Notes: a model not told the origin generated them from the letters alone. 64,000 bases of DNA from Callorhinchus milii (GCF_018977255.1 NW_024704742.1:6016001-6080000); one strand, 5' to 3'; shown: positions 1 through 12,630, counted from the stretch's first letter. Made by a program: numbers and translations.

Positions 1-768
1 CGATGATTTTATTCTTGTCAGCACTGAAGGGAACTTTAGTTCCAGCTGCTCTGAGCTATTAACACAACATAACTCTGCTTCCTTTTAGCCTCCTGTTATG
101 TGACTGATCTTCCTGTCTTTGAGCCCCAGTGAGCTTACCTTAACCTCTGAGACCCTCTGCTGAAGAAATAACTGGAGGCCTTGAGCCTTAAGTGCATCCT
201 GACTCAACCCCAACCATAAAGACAATTATTAATTCTTACTCCGATGTCAGGGCTATGATTAGCCCCATCCTAATCTAAAAATAAATGCTAACCTTGACAT
301 TGTAATTTGATCATTAGTTCCAAAAGTACCTCAAACCAAAAATTAAAAGCAAATTAATCACAAGTACTAAGGGCAGTCAGGCTTTTCATTATATTTCATT
401 ACTCACAATCGTGTTTCTTTTTTTACACACTGTGGTGATTGATTCCCCCCCCCCCCCTCTCTCTTGTCTTGCTCCTGAGGTTAGAAATCCGAGTGTAATA
501 AGCAGCCCCGGTGATGCAGGATGTTAGTGCTCTGGGAATACAGCAGCCCTGAGTCCTTGTCTGTCCTACAATCCTTTCTCCCCCTCCAAACCCAACAGAC
601 ACTTCCTTTTATTTATTTATTTTTAAAGTTCCGTTGATCAAAGTGAGGAGTGTTAACATAGGGAAATGGGACACTTTTCCTGTTTCAAAGCCTCACTGTC
701 AGCACCAAAGACTCCCAGGTTAGACATAGCACAGTAAGGTGCATATCACAGTACAATAGCCCAATGTC

Positions 769-1337
769 GGGTGAGAAATTCCACCCGGGTTCAGACCGAC
801 TCTGTTTATGGAGGATTTTACAGCGGCCGGAATCTGGCAAATTATTGGTGTGGCCTTATCCTTGAAGTTGGATTTCTGTTAGTGCTAACAAGAAACTTAC
901 AGAAACATGGCTTTAAATAATCGGTATCTAAGAATTTGCCATATTCTGCATGCTCCAATATAATAATAATTCTTGCATTTTATATTAACACTTGTCATGT
1001 CTGGAGGATTTCTGAACGTATTGCACAGGATTTTACTTTAAAATTCTAGTGAGTAAGCTTTATGAGTACGGTAGCCAATTAGTGCACATTAAGCAATGCC
1101 TCATGAACAGCCATGAAATGAATGACAAGTCTTATTTAGGGGATTGCTGGCCAGGACACCAGGAGAAACTCCCTTTTCTTTTTCAATCGAGTCATGGGAT
1201 CTTTAACATCCATCTCAATGAGCAGACAGGACCTCGGTTTTATATTTCATCCGAAAGATGTCAACTCAGACAACGCAGTTCTCGTAGTAATACGCAACAT
1301 AAATAGAGTAAATTTCACCCAGGTGGTATTCCTCCCC
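769..1337. mobile_element. Palindromic MITE-like element, copy 1 (interrupted by a SINE at about 957-1295)
   Basis: Left end gggtgagaaattccacccgggt is the inverse of acccaggtggtattcctcccc (to 1337). actctgtttatg (800-811) is the inverse of cataaatagagt (1298-1309). The inner arms tggcaaatt / aatttgcca also pair. Confidence 0.6.
957..1295 (-). mobile_element. Deu-domain SINE, 5'-truncated
   Basis: Reverse complement of the Deu core (ttaaagatcccatg...gggagtttctcctggtgtcctggcca) plus an L2-like tail ending in (TTA)n. Confidence 0.8.
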
Positions 1338-1365
1338 TTCTGCCCCAAAAGTCGAATCTTGGAGT

Positions 1366-1693
1366 ACTGAAATTCTAAGTTAAGAGTGAATTGAACAACT
1401 TTCCACTATTCAGCACAATCTGAAATTTTAGGACTGCAACCGTGAGAGATTTGTCTACAGGTTCCCAACATTCAAATGTGTTTTGGTTCAGAATTTAAGA
1501 TTAGAATGATTGTGTAAATTATTTCAAATCAGTCTTAATTTGGAAGCTGATTGTCGTTCTGAAAAAGAACGGGCTTCCAAATTAAGTCTGAATTTCCAGA
1601 CTAAGATTTAATTTTTTTATCTCAGTTCTGCCTATCTTAAACTTAAAGGACAAGATAGTCTTATAGATTGAGATAAGGTGGAATTTCTGACCG
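1366..1693. mobile_element. Palindromic MITE-like element, copy 2
   Basis: Perfect 14-bp inner arms cttaatttggaagc (1534-1547) and gcttccaaattaag (1573-1586). The right end aaggtggaatttctgacc matches the family terminus and the right arm resembles 14101-14346. Confidence 0.6.
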
Positions 1694-1744
1694 CAGACAG
1701 GCACTGTCTACTGTTGCGGGAAGTCATTTCATTCGTTGCACTAA

Positions 1745-1950
1745 TCTGTGATCTAAGTGAAATTACATCCATCATGCCAGTTTAGTGCCTCATCACGCTG
1801 TACTATGAACCTGTACCTTCTAGTATTTTGGAGGAAAATATTCAATGCATTTGACATCAGACCCTTACAACCCCTCCAGCAGAGACTCGAGATTTAAATC
1901 CCACTAATCTGGATTGAAACCCAGATATGAGAGTTGTGCTATTCCACTGT
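1745..1950 (-). mobile_element. LF-SINE-related ancient SINE fragment
   Basis: Minus strand reads tctgggtttcaatccag...gggatttaaatctc...gtaagggtctgatgtcaaatg...ctagaaggtacagg...ggcactaaactggca, colinear with the recalled LF-SINE consensus and with the copies at 32073 and 56795. Confidence 0.5.
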
Positions 1951-2401
1951 GCTTCCCACAGAGAGTTTCTGATCTCTGTGGGGCTTTCTAGGGGATGTCC
2001 TCAGTAAAGTTAAGTGCTTCCCCCAGAATCTGAGTCACTTGAACTCACTGGCCTCTTACCTGTTCAATGTAGATTAGGTGCAGCACTCCCAACTCTTGAT
2101 CACTAGTTCAACAAAATATTCCTATGTGGCTTCACACCTTTTTCTGTACGCTGTCAAAGTTAAATTCAGCCTAAAATGTGTCACTCTGTTATCGCAAGAG
2201 TAACGGTAATAGTACCTGTGATACACACATACACTGCAGTCCCAATGTAGTATGATGGTATACTATAACGTTATAACCTCGGTATTTGAATATGTATTAT
2301 ATTATATGTATAAAACATATATAACATGCTTATATAATCTAGGTTCCGCCTGGTTCCCTAACCTGCGAGAAGAACGTTATGTAATTGCAAGTTGTTGTTG
2401 T

Positions 2402-2795
2402 TGGCTCAGTTGGTAGCACTTTTGTCTCTGAGTCAAAAGGTTGTGGGTTCAATCCCCATCCTGGGTCTTTGAATTTACAGTCCAGGCTAACACTTCAGTG
2501 TTTTTTTTGGGGGGCCCTGCATTGTTGGAGATTCCACCTTAGGATGAGATGTTCAACCAAGGCTCAGTCTGCCAGTTCAGGTGGACATTAAAGATCCCAT
2601 GGTCCGATTTGAAAAGAGAACACCGTTTCTTCCAGTGTCCTGGCCAACAATTCCTACAGATAAAATCGGCCACTCACTTAATATCTGTTGCTCTTGTCCA
2701 CAAAATACCCAGCCAACTTTTACCGCAGTGAAGCACTATTGGGAACAACTTCCCAACACAATACGTGCTACAGAAATGTAAATCTGTATTGTATT
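2402..2795 (+). mobile_element. Deu-domain SINE (SacSINE1-like), near full length
   Basis: tRNA-like head (tggctcagttggtagcac A-box, ggttcaatcccc B-box), Deu core (ggatgagatgttcaacc...caggtggacattaaagatcccatgg) and L2-like tail. Confidence 0.85.
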
Positions 2796-4453
2796 ATTGC
2801 GCTTTGCAGTAAAAATCCTGTGAAGTGTTTCAATGATATGTGATATCAATTCCAGCGATTGTATTCTAACTCCTGTGCTATCTGTGAGCCCTGTAGTTGT
2901 TAGTCAAGAAACGGGCCATTTACCTGTACGGTGGTACACGGCACAGAGAAACTGATAGTTATCTTCCCTCACACTCTCCAGTCAGTGATGGGACATTACC
3001 AGGAGCAGAAAGGCTGCAGATGTTTTAATAATCATGTTTGATGGTCTTGGATTTCAATGTCGCATTTTTTAACCCTATGTCTTTCTCACAGTGACGCTTT
3101 TATAATAATGATAAACCTTACATCTGATATAAGGCTTTCACATTGACAGGACACTTCAAAGCGCTTCGCAGAGTAACTGTGTGATTGTTGAGAGGGTAAA
3201 CCCACAAAAATAATCTCAGATACGTCAAGGCAGCTGGACACGATTGTGCAGGGCTGTGAAGGGTAATTTTAGGACAGATGCAGGAATTTATTTTTATCTT
3301 AGGGTGATGAAAGGTTAAAGTGAAGTCCCATGTGCCTGTTTTGGTGGACATTAAAGGTCCCAAGGCACTGTTCAAAGAGAGAAGGGAGTAAGTATCTCGC
3401 AGTGTCCTGGTTAAAATTCCTACGGAAAAAAATTGTCCATTTACTTCAAGCCCATTCGGTTTGTTTTTAGTAAGCCTGATCCGGAAATCGATCACCACGC
3501 TTAAGCATATCCAAACCACACTGAGAGTTCCACATGTGTCATTTCCTACACATAGAAATATCCCTGTGACTGGAATGGAATATGCAGTCTCTCCCTGAAT
3601 TGATGCACTCCTGTTTCCTTAATCCCTAATTCTGGATAAAGCACAGGTTTTAGGCACAGATTGGCAGTTGACAAAGATTTGGGGACACCAGAGGGTGTGC
3701 TAGAAATTAACCAGCCAAAACCGCATAGTATTGAGCGCACTGTCTGGCAAGCTTCTCGCTGTTTGTCCAGCCAGGACCACCCTACCTGTTAGGGCTTTGA
3801 GTCGCAGGATTAACAGGACCTGAGTGGGATGACTCCCTGCCCCCAGTGACTGGTCTGCCCTTCCAGGTCCTGCCGATGAGACAGACTGTCTGTGCTATCG
3901 TCAGCAGCGCCCTGGAATACTGCGGACCCGGCTGGCTCAGAAACCAGACTAAAGATTAGCTCTGAGGCAGCTCAGCTCCAAGGAGACCCCAAGTACCTCC
4001 TCCTCAAGCAGAATATTCAATGGATGTTTGTAGGAATGCACAAACTGACTGCTGAGTCCATTGGCAAATGCGCAATCACTACACTTTACAGAAAACTCGG
4101 TGAAGCTTTAGCACATTTGAACGTAATTGACAGTATATCAAATGCAAGAATTATTAATACTTTGTTATTAATAGGTTAACAGGAAGGACGGTTAAAGCCG
4201 GTACACTGGATTTCTTTCACGACACAGTTTGAAGCTGTGGTCACAAATAGATCGGGTGGTTATTCTGGAAGCATGAGATTGAATGGACCAAAGGGCTTCC
4301 TTTATCTCAACCTGTGTTGTGAACTCTGTGCGTATAAGCTGATCCATTTCTTCCTCTTGCAATGCAGTCCATCCTCGGAGGTGGACGATAGTGAACCTCA
4401 GACCATTACTTCACACGTCCCTAACCATAAACGATCACGTTGTAGATGGAGGT

Positions 4454-5072
4454 ATGGCGGTTTTACACATAACAAGTCGCAAATCCCACGGTGTGATTTG
4501 AGCCTATTGCTTGGGCGTGCGGTTAAAGACGCAACAACAGGACTCGTGAGCGAGAACGTTGAGCAGCTGGGCTGTGCCTTTTAATTTTGTCCCTGCGCAG
4601 CGATGCAAAATAAACAATTATTAGATTACGGGCTGGGATGAAAGAGAGTTCTGATTGCCCGAGAGTGCTCATAAAACCCACAACAAAGGCTACGTTTTCT
4701 CTTGGCCTATGGTGGCTTTCATTGTTGCTCAGCCAAGCTTTGCTCCCGGGAAGCACAGCTCGTGGCAGGCAAGAACAAAGCACCTTTAATTAAAGGGTGC
4801 TGCCTTCACCGAAAAAAACCCCAAGTGTTTGGCAATCCGCTTATCCCGCGCTGCTCATGCACTGCGAGGCGGTGAGAGCAACCGTGCCAAGACTCACCTC
4901 GGCTTGAAAGAGCGCGAGTCGCACGCGGCTTTGGTGTCAGGAATGTCGGATGGGAGTTTTACACATAACAAGGTGCAAATCCCACGCTCGGTTGCTTGGG
5001 CGTGCGGTTAAAGACGCAACAACGGGACTCGTGAGCGAGAATGTTGAGCGACCGGGCTGTGCCGTTTTAATT
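4454..5072 (+). repeat. About 130-bp direct repeat (4454-4586 and 4950-5072) around a 360-bp unique spacer
   Basis: Both copies contain gttttacacataacaag..gcaaatcccacg and ttgcttgggcgtgcggttaaagacgcaacaac.ggactcgtgagcgagaa.gttgagc...gggctgtgcc.ttttaatt. Confidence 0.9.
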
Positions 5073-5134
5073 GTTCCGTCCATCCCATTCCCTCCCAGTA
5101 ACTCATGGCGTTCTGGCCGACAATTCAGGGTGCA

Positions 5135-5425
5135 CCTTCGGAGGTGCTGTCATTCAGATAAGACTCCGCACCGAACTCCCTACCCCTCTGCCTGTTCAGG
5201 TGTACTTTGAAGATCGCGCGGCGCTATCGGAAAAAGGGAAGGGAGTTTCTCCAGGTGTTGGGGCCAACATTCCCCCGAATAAAATTGGTCACTCGCCTCA
5301 TAGCTGCCTGCGAGGTGTGGCTGAGCGCAAATTGACCGCGCTATCGATACACGCAGTCACTGTACTTCACAACGAAGTGCCGTGAGACATCTTCTGATGC
5401 GATATGGCACCTCCACATTATTGTA
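5135..5425 (+). mobile_element. Deu-domain SINE, diverged and CpG-rich
   Basis: Deu core (ctgcctgttcaggtgtactttgaagatc...gggagtttctccaggtgttggggccaac) followed by a tail-like region. Confidence 0.7.
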
Positions 5426-6393
5426 CTGTGGCGGCTAAATTATTGTACCCCGGCATTCAGGGGGAAAGGGGCGCGGGAGAGGGGGGAGTGATCCAGATAC
5501 AGATCAGTCAGCAGAAAACCTGCCAGGCAGAGGGTAAAGGATGTACCATTCCAGCCAGGACAGGACAGCATTCGTCTGGTTGCAGAGTTTGTGGGGAGTG
5601 AGGTAAGTTCAGGGTAGAGTTTCTGAGACGTGCCTGTCTTATTCTGCTTTCCGTATGTTGCGACTGGTTGTAGGATCTTCAGGACCTGTGCTCTCTGAGC
5701 CTTGGTGGTGTTACGGGTTCTGTGCAGGAGCTCTGGAGTCCAGTCCTGACTCGGATGACAACAAGGTAATACAACTGAGACACTGCTGTACCCTTTGGAG
5801 AGGACTACCGCACATCAAATGCAAGAATTCTTATTACAGAAGGGCCTTCCTCATCCAGACCAACAGATGAACAGCATTGTATGTTAAATCTTAGTGTATT
5901 ATTTATTTCCAGTTCATCACCACCCCCTTTTATTGATTGCGCTATCAATAGATGTTCTGCCTTGCATTGCTATTCAGGTGGGTGTACTGGGACCACTCGG
6001 TTGGTGCTATTTCAAAGATATATGGATCGCCACCAGTTAGTCGGCGAGGAGCTCTTAGACTTAAGGCAACAGCATGTGAAAGGGGTTATCTGGAGCCCAA
6101 GTTCGTGAACACACGTTCATGCACCCAGTGCCTTGAATCCGTGTGGATTGGTTTGCAGAGAAGTAAGCAGCCTCTGCTGAAGCTCTGCGCTTCCAACTGG
6201 TGAAAGCATCGCTCAAATGAGAAGGGATGTGGGTCCGAGCTGTGGGACAGGAAGATGGTGGCAATGCTCTCACGAGTTTCATGCTGGGATGTGCTGTCCA
6301 CCCGGAAGCTCGTAGGGAGTTCCTGTTACTTGCCATCCACCTAGTGAGGACTTGTTGGATGTCAATGCCTCTCCAGTGACTATCCTCGTGGCA

Positions 6394-6415
6394 GGGGTGG
6401 GGGGGGGGGGGGGGG
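6394..6415 (+). repeat. Poly-G tract (G4-T-G17), G-quadruplex capable
   Basis: Read directly from the sequence. Confidence 0.85.
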
Positions 6416-7549
6416 TAAGCAGGGTGACCTTGGAGCTGAACACGTTTGTTGATGGAGTTTCAGAATCAATCAAACCCTGAAGTGCCTGATGTTGACCCTG
6501 CAGAACTCCACTCTCTTGCCCATCGATGCTCGATCTCCTGTCAGGCACCGGGAATCCCGTTTAGCTGTAACACTACTTCATGAAAGCAGAAGCTGAGGTT
6601 GGCATCCGAGGGGAATTCCACGAGATCGACTTCAGCACATCAGGGAACAGCGGCCTTCGTTATTCACAAATCAATTTGCAATTGCGGCAAATTAGACCCC
6701 ATCGTGAGCACAACTCTCCTGTCTTCACAGGTACAAACATAAAATCAATTACCCTGGGGCTTGTGAATGTTTAATGAATGTTTTCGAGAGAGCCCTTTAA
6801 TAGCAATAAAATCAGTATTCACAGGAACAGCAACGAACTGAAGAGATATCAAAGCCTTGTGAAATTTGCAGCCACCTTTATGTTAGAATTCGATATCAAA
6901 CTATGCCTTCAGGAGTTGGTAGGAAATTTGGCTGCAACACAAAAACAGGCGGTAAAGTCACAGTTGGGCCCTGTCTGACTGCTCTTTCGTCTGTATATAG
7001 CGGGTGTGATGTGGACCTGGAGTATATTGATTGCAAATAGTCAGATCCGGCTGCTTCATAGAACATGACTAACTTCACACAGTATCCCCTTCCTCCACTA
7101 TTTTATTATTTCTCTTGGGATGTGATTAAGGGGCTGGAAACAGGAACATGACCAGATTAGAGGATCTGGAGCTCTAGACTGGATCAAACTTGGGGTCACT
7201 TCGCACTATGCATGCGAAATTACCAGCAACAAATTATTGATCTTTCATAACATGCTTAATGTGTTGATTATCACAGAAAGCTCATTATAAAATGTCACTA
7301 ATTTCAGCCGTTATAAACAGACGTTAGCAGAGTTCCACCTGGGGTCAGTGCATACCTCAACCACACCGAAACTGTCCTGAAACCTGGCAACTGCAGCACA
7401 TACAGAATCACCCGGTCAATTCTGTCTGTCAGCCCTTTCAACAGAAAACTACTGGACTAGTTCAATGGACAGAACAACTTCCCATCAACTGCCCAGTACA
7501 GAAATGCTTTTATCGTAGATTGCTCTAAGACTCTGGTTGACTGCACCGA

Positions 7550-8345
7550 CACTTCACAAGATTGATTTGGATCAGGCCCATTTCATTCTCCCACAATACC
7601 CATCCTCTTATCGCAGTAACAAGCTGCTTTTTAAATGTGTCGAATATCTGTGCCTCAAACATCCTCCTGGCAACCTGTTGCTGTCATTAATTACTCTCTG
7701 AGGAAAGAAAAACTTTCTGGTGGTCTGTTCTGAAATTGCTATTTGCAACTCAAACCCTATGTCTCCGTGCAAGTATTGTTCTGGGTTTACACTTTCAATC
7801 CCATCTTAAATTTTCCATACTTCTATGAGTCCTGCAGCTCAGTGATTAGAGCACTCACCTCTCAAGTGAGAGGACCTGGGTTTGATTCCCGGTCGGGCGA
7901 AACGTTGGGCAAGTTTCTTTACTCCACACGCCTCTGTTTACCTAGTAGGAACCTGGTTCTTAGTCAATTAGAGGATCGCTTTTCCAGGGGTAATAATCCC
8001 TTACAAAATAATAATGATGATAATAATAATTTGGTCACTGAATCCACGACTGTTTGTGGGACGCTGCCGTGTGCAATTGGCGTTTCGCCCACAAAATATA
8101 CAGTCAATTCTTTTTACAGTATATTCTGCGAAGCGCTTTGAGACGTGTCGAAGTCACGATAAGGCCCTACATAAAAAATGCAAGGATTATAAGTTTCCCT
8201 TTCAGTCATCTTCTCTCAAGAGCCCTAGCTTGTCTGATCATCGCTCATTCATTTCCATCCTTGCCTCATCCCTTAGTGTTGGATGGCTTTCAATTAGATG
8301 TGATGCTCATTTAAAATGTGAGCCACCAGGACCCAGGTACGATCT
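7550..8345 (-). mobile_element. Degenerate CR1 LINE 3' end, split by a SINE at 7827-8190
   Basis: Inverse of CR1 C-terminal and 3'-tail motifs (ttttctttcctcagagagtaatt..., ggcaacctgtt), continuing after the SINE. Confidence 0.55.
7827..8190 (+). mobile_element. tRNA-Ala-derived SINE, long subfamily
   Basis: Head gagtcctgcagctcagtgattagagcactc..., body gcctctgtttacc...ttagtcaatt, tail aagcgctttgagacg...aatgcaaggattat. Confidence 0.9.
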
Positions 8346-9211
8346 GTATATCACGTTATAACAGCAACAACTTGCATTTTAAAGAAAAACAAGTTGTTGT
8401 TGTTGTTGTTACTGATGTACATCACGTGTTTGAGGGTCTGGCAGTTCGACACATATTGACATGATTTGAGCTTGTAGTTCATTTTGTTTATTAGCTCTCG
8501 CTTGCTTAGCTGTGTTACTTTCCAGTCACAGGTGACACTGACGTGCAGGCAGTATCCTTGCTGATGCCACAATTCCCAGATCCTCATCCTCAAAGCCGAA
8601 ACCACTGAAATGTCCCACATAAGCTCACCAGATGTACCATTGGGTTTCTCGTGTTAAAGATGCAAGACGCTGGGATATTTCAGGGAGAAGAGAAACTTGC
8701 ACTGAAGCCCACAAAAAAGTATGCCAAGTTCTTTTGGGCTATGGCATTTTCCATTATGTTGCAGCATCAGATGGGATTGTGGGCGACTTTGATCGGGGCA
8801 GTGACAATGATGAACAAGATGCCAATTTTCAACGTGCCAAAGTCTAGCTATTCAAGCCACATGTACGCGGCATAATAATTTATTGATGATTTCATTAAAG
8901 GCGAAAGTAATGAAGGATAAGTCTCCACACTGAGATTTTTCTCGCTGACCTCAAATCAGTTCTGCGAGCATTATGCGTTAAGGATAATTTTCATTTAAAG
9001 TTTTCTCTAACAATGTCAAAGAATTGCAGGGGGAAATTTTTTACGCTAAGGACTGAAATTCCGTCCGATTTAAGCCTGTTTTACCATTCTGATTTTACAA
9101 AGATTTACAAAGAACGTACAGAACAGACACAAGTCACTTAGCCCAATCAACACTCCAATCAACACTCCCATTCCTTTACTCCTTTCCATATTCGTCTATT
9201 CCCACACGGGG

Positions 9212-9482
9212 ACTTCAGTGTACAGTGTAGTGTGGTGAGCTTCCTCTGCATTGTCAGAGGTTCTGTCCTTCAAATGAGATGTTAAACCTAGGCTCCATTT
9301 GCCTGTTTTTGCCCCGATCTGCTGGCTTTCAATGCTCCAGATAAATTGACCATTCGTGTTCTCGTTGTTTGTCGGACCTTCCTGCCGCGAACACCTACAA
9401 ATACACAGTCACTTAACAGCAATTACCAGTGAAGTGTTTCCAGGATGTTGTCATGATTTCCAATGGAGGGACTTCTGTTATT
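9212..9482 (+). mobile_element. Deu-domain SINE fragment
   Basis: cttcagtgtacag...gcattgtcagagg...atgagatgttaaacc followed by a tail. Confidence 0.65.
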
Positions 9483-9994
9483 GTACAATGTACAGTGATT
9501 TCATGTTGTACATTCTATGCTGCGAATTGTTTCAAAAGCTGTCGAAAACCTCCTGTACTGTTGGGGGTTACCGGGTTTAGTATTGAACATTAAACAGAGT
9601 TGCTTTTGTTTTTTATCTAATGATGCATTCTCTCTCTCTGAAGATCTCGAAATCCAGTCGAGCAAGGTCTTCAGTATCTTGCGGCCATGAAAAAATCTGC
9701 CACTCTTTTTACTCCTCAGCTGTCAAGTTCACAGTTGGTGGGCATCTGGTGCCAGTAGCTGTCTTTGATTTGCTTATGCAGCTGAGTTCTCTTTTCGCTC
9801 TCCCTTTGATGTCAATCCATCTTTCAGAAGCATCTTGACAATCTCTGAGCTCCGAAGCTACCTTCTACGTAGACTTCGAAAATGTATAGAAGCTCACCCG
9901 AAAGAAACTTTCCGCAGCATTGACTGCAGTGTGAGACACCGGTGAGCACTTCTGGAAATTCTTATTTTCTTTATATTTTAACAAAAGGGCAATT

Positions 9995-10420
9995 CCTTCG
10001 AGTTCAAGATTCCCGTCCTCACGTTCAAATCCCTCGAAACGCCCTAACCTCACTGTAACCTCTGTGACTCCCCCCGCAAACCAACCCACCCTACCAGGGT
10101 TCAGTGATAACCCCGGCCTGCTTCATGTCCCCTATCCAATCCACCCCACGACAAGTGCCTGAGTTTTCGCCATTCCGCTCCCATTTCTCTGGAACTCCTC
10201 CGCCTTGCCCTCTCGCGCCCTATTTTTAAATCCCGCCATTAGGTCTATCTCTTTGATTGTGCTTTGAGTTATCTTTCCCGCCTGTTCTCCTCAGCTCCTA
10301 CAATCCCCCATTCCCCACCCTCCCTTCCTGATCTCCGGTGCCCAGTCAGCTGTGCAAAGTCCTCTGAGACATCCTCCTGACATGAAGCGTACCATCTAAA
10401 TGTAAAATTGTATTGAATTG
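9995..10420 (+). mobile_element. L2 LINE 3' end
   Basis: FKIPVLTFKSL-type C-terminal motif, C-rich 3' region, and a tail gagacatcctcctgacatgaag...ctaaatgtaaaattgtattg. Confidence 0.7.
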
Positions 10421-11867
10421 TAAATGATAAGCCTGCATTCAGTACACTACATGGTTAGAGCAATACAGTGAGCCTTAAGGAAGTGGTGGCTTGCAAAGAG
10501 GAGACTTTACTCTTGTCGGTTTGGGGGTAAGTACAATTTGAAGGTGGGCAGGTCACGCGGCTGAAAGGACAATGTGTAATAAGTCCCATAAATACCTGGC
10601 TCTTAAAAGCTACGACACAGCCCAAAACGCCGTTAATCGTCTGCTGCTGTGACGTACAAATGTCACGGGCCTTCAAACAAAATAAATTGAGGTTTCTCCA
10701 AATGTTGTAGGTGCGATTGGCATTCCTCAAAGGTCACAGGAATTAACAAAAGAAACAAATCTTTAATTGCTGGGAGCTGGAGAGTTGACAACTGTGTCTT
10801 ATTTCAACTAATAGGGTTTACCTTGTTTTTTAAAGAGACAGCACCTAGTATTACTATTGTTAGATTAACTCATCAAGTTGTTATTAGCCTTCATTAGCCA
10901 TCTGTGCTTTCCACACCTATAGTTAGGTTGGAACAAAATCCTATATTTAAGTTGGTTAAAAAAAATGCCTCCAGGATGTTGCAAACCTACACTTAGGTTC
11001 ACACCGAGAACCTCTTATTTTGAGCAATCAGTTCAACGTCTGCAGCTCATCTACATGTTCCGCTCAACATAAAACGGATGAAATTCATGACATGCTTTCA
11101 AGAATTCCAGGATTTGGAGTTGAAATAAGAATCTTGAATTTCTTCCCCTATCCCTCATTTAGTTTTCACACATTGCATAATCACTCCCTGGCTCCAGAAT
11201 CTGGAAGGGAGACTGATTCTCAAATGTCTTCCCATAACCAACAACAACTTGCCTTTATGACCTGAAGGCCCTATATAAATGTAAATTAATATTGTATAGT
11301 AACAGGTACCAATATGTTTTGAGTGGGATATTAAGTGGGATTGTAGAAAATGGCTGAAACTTAACGTTGTATTTCTAGCAGTGGAATCACCAGTATTTGT
11401 TTTGCACTTTAAAATATTTATCATTCCATTCAAATATTAATTGATGTCGGAGTTGTCTCTTTGATGAATATTGGAGGGAATAATTCACTGAGAAGATTGG
11501 TTTGACTGGGAGTGGGAAAACAATAGCACAGCTGTTGCCTTTAGAGGAGTCAAACAGGCGAACAAATTTATTTGTTTCTCGTGGATGTTGATTTGTAACT
11601 TCATTGGGATTACTATTGTATTCTACTGTCATTTTGGATGTTCAAAGTACCTTTTGAAGTTATATGATTCGGAAGGAATGGTCATGAGAGGCACACTAGC
11701 TGTACAGTATTTATGATTTTACTCTTTACACTCGGATACAAATATTAATAACAATCCTTGCATTTGGTGTAATGCCTTATCACTTTGTTGAGATATCTCA
11801 AAACGCTTCGCAGGATTTTACTGTGAAAAGTAATGACTGTGCAGTTGCAGATGAAGAAATACGTTAG

Positions 11868-12230
11868 GTTGTCTCTGGAGATGAGATGATGGAGAATGGA
11901 TAGAGTTGTTTAAATCCATGAAAGGATTCAATAAGGCGGGTGTATCTACTTGTTGATGAGTTCAAAACAAGTGGGCAGATCTAAAAGGGAGTTCAGGAGG
12001 AACTTCTTTACACGGAGGGTACTGAGAATGTGGAATTCACTGCCCAAAGCTGTGGTTAAAGCAGACGGAACCAATATATTTAAGAGGAAACTCAATGCAT
12101 ACATAAGGGAAAAGGGAATAGAGATGTGTGGGAAAGGCTCATGGGGAGGACTAACACCACCAGGGACTAATTAGGCCGAATGGCCTGTTTCTACACTGTA
12201 ACATTCTAATTAATTACTTATGTTTCTCTA
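11868..12230 (+). mobile_element. CR1 LINE 3' end
   Basis: Translation RRNFFTRRVLRMWNSLPKAVV...FKRKL (CR1 ORF2 C-terminus), then the tail ggccgaatggcctgtttct. Confidence 0.85.
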
Positions 12231-12256
12231 TGTAATGCAGAAACTGTGGCAAAGTA

Positions 12257-12630
12257 ACAACAACAACTTGCATTTATGTAGTGCCCTTCATGTGGTGCAG
12301 GGTCTCGGATCGCTTCACAATGCCCAGGGCCTGATGTCCAGCCGGGGAGGAGGGAGAAGGTGACCGTAAGCACGGTCGAAGAGGAAGGTCTTCAACCGTG
12401 ATCTAAAAAAGGGGAAGGAGGGGGCAAAAGGCCTGGGGGAGAGAGTTTCAAATCTTCAGGGCGTAGTGGCTGAAAGTGCGGCTGCCAATGGTGGAGTGAA
12501 GGGGACAAAAGGCCAACTGAGCAGAGGCAACGGGTAGTGGAGTGTTTGGGGGGAAGCAAGTCAGAAAGGTAGAGAAGTGCCAGAGCGTGAGTGAAGGGAT
12601 TTGTGGACAAGTGAGAGGATCTTGAAATCG
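12257..12630 (-). mobile_element. L2 LINE 3' end with a (GTT)n tail
   Basis: Minus translation ALLYLSDLLP...RCLCS matches L2. The tail reads aacaacaacaacttgcattt on the plus strand. Confidence 0.75.

Larger units (their letters stand above)
4430..5480. promoter_or_regulatory. CpG-rich island-like region, candidate promoter or enhancer
   Basis: CpG is visibly enriched (cgcg, gcgcg, cggcg) against a CpG-poor background. SOX-type motifs at 4613, 4682, 4720 and 4774, and a G-rich tract at 5460-5487. Confidence 0.45.

Noticed and set aside
8807..8932. Possible C/D snoRNA (ATGATGA ... CTGA)
   Set aside because: No terminal stem or recognisable rRNA guide, and such boxes arise by chance.
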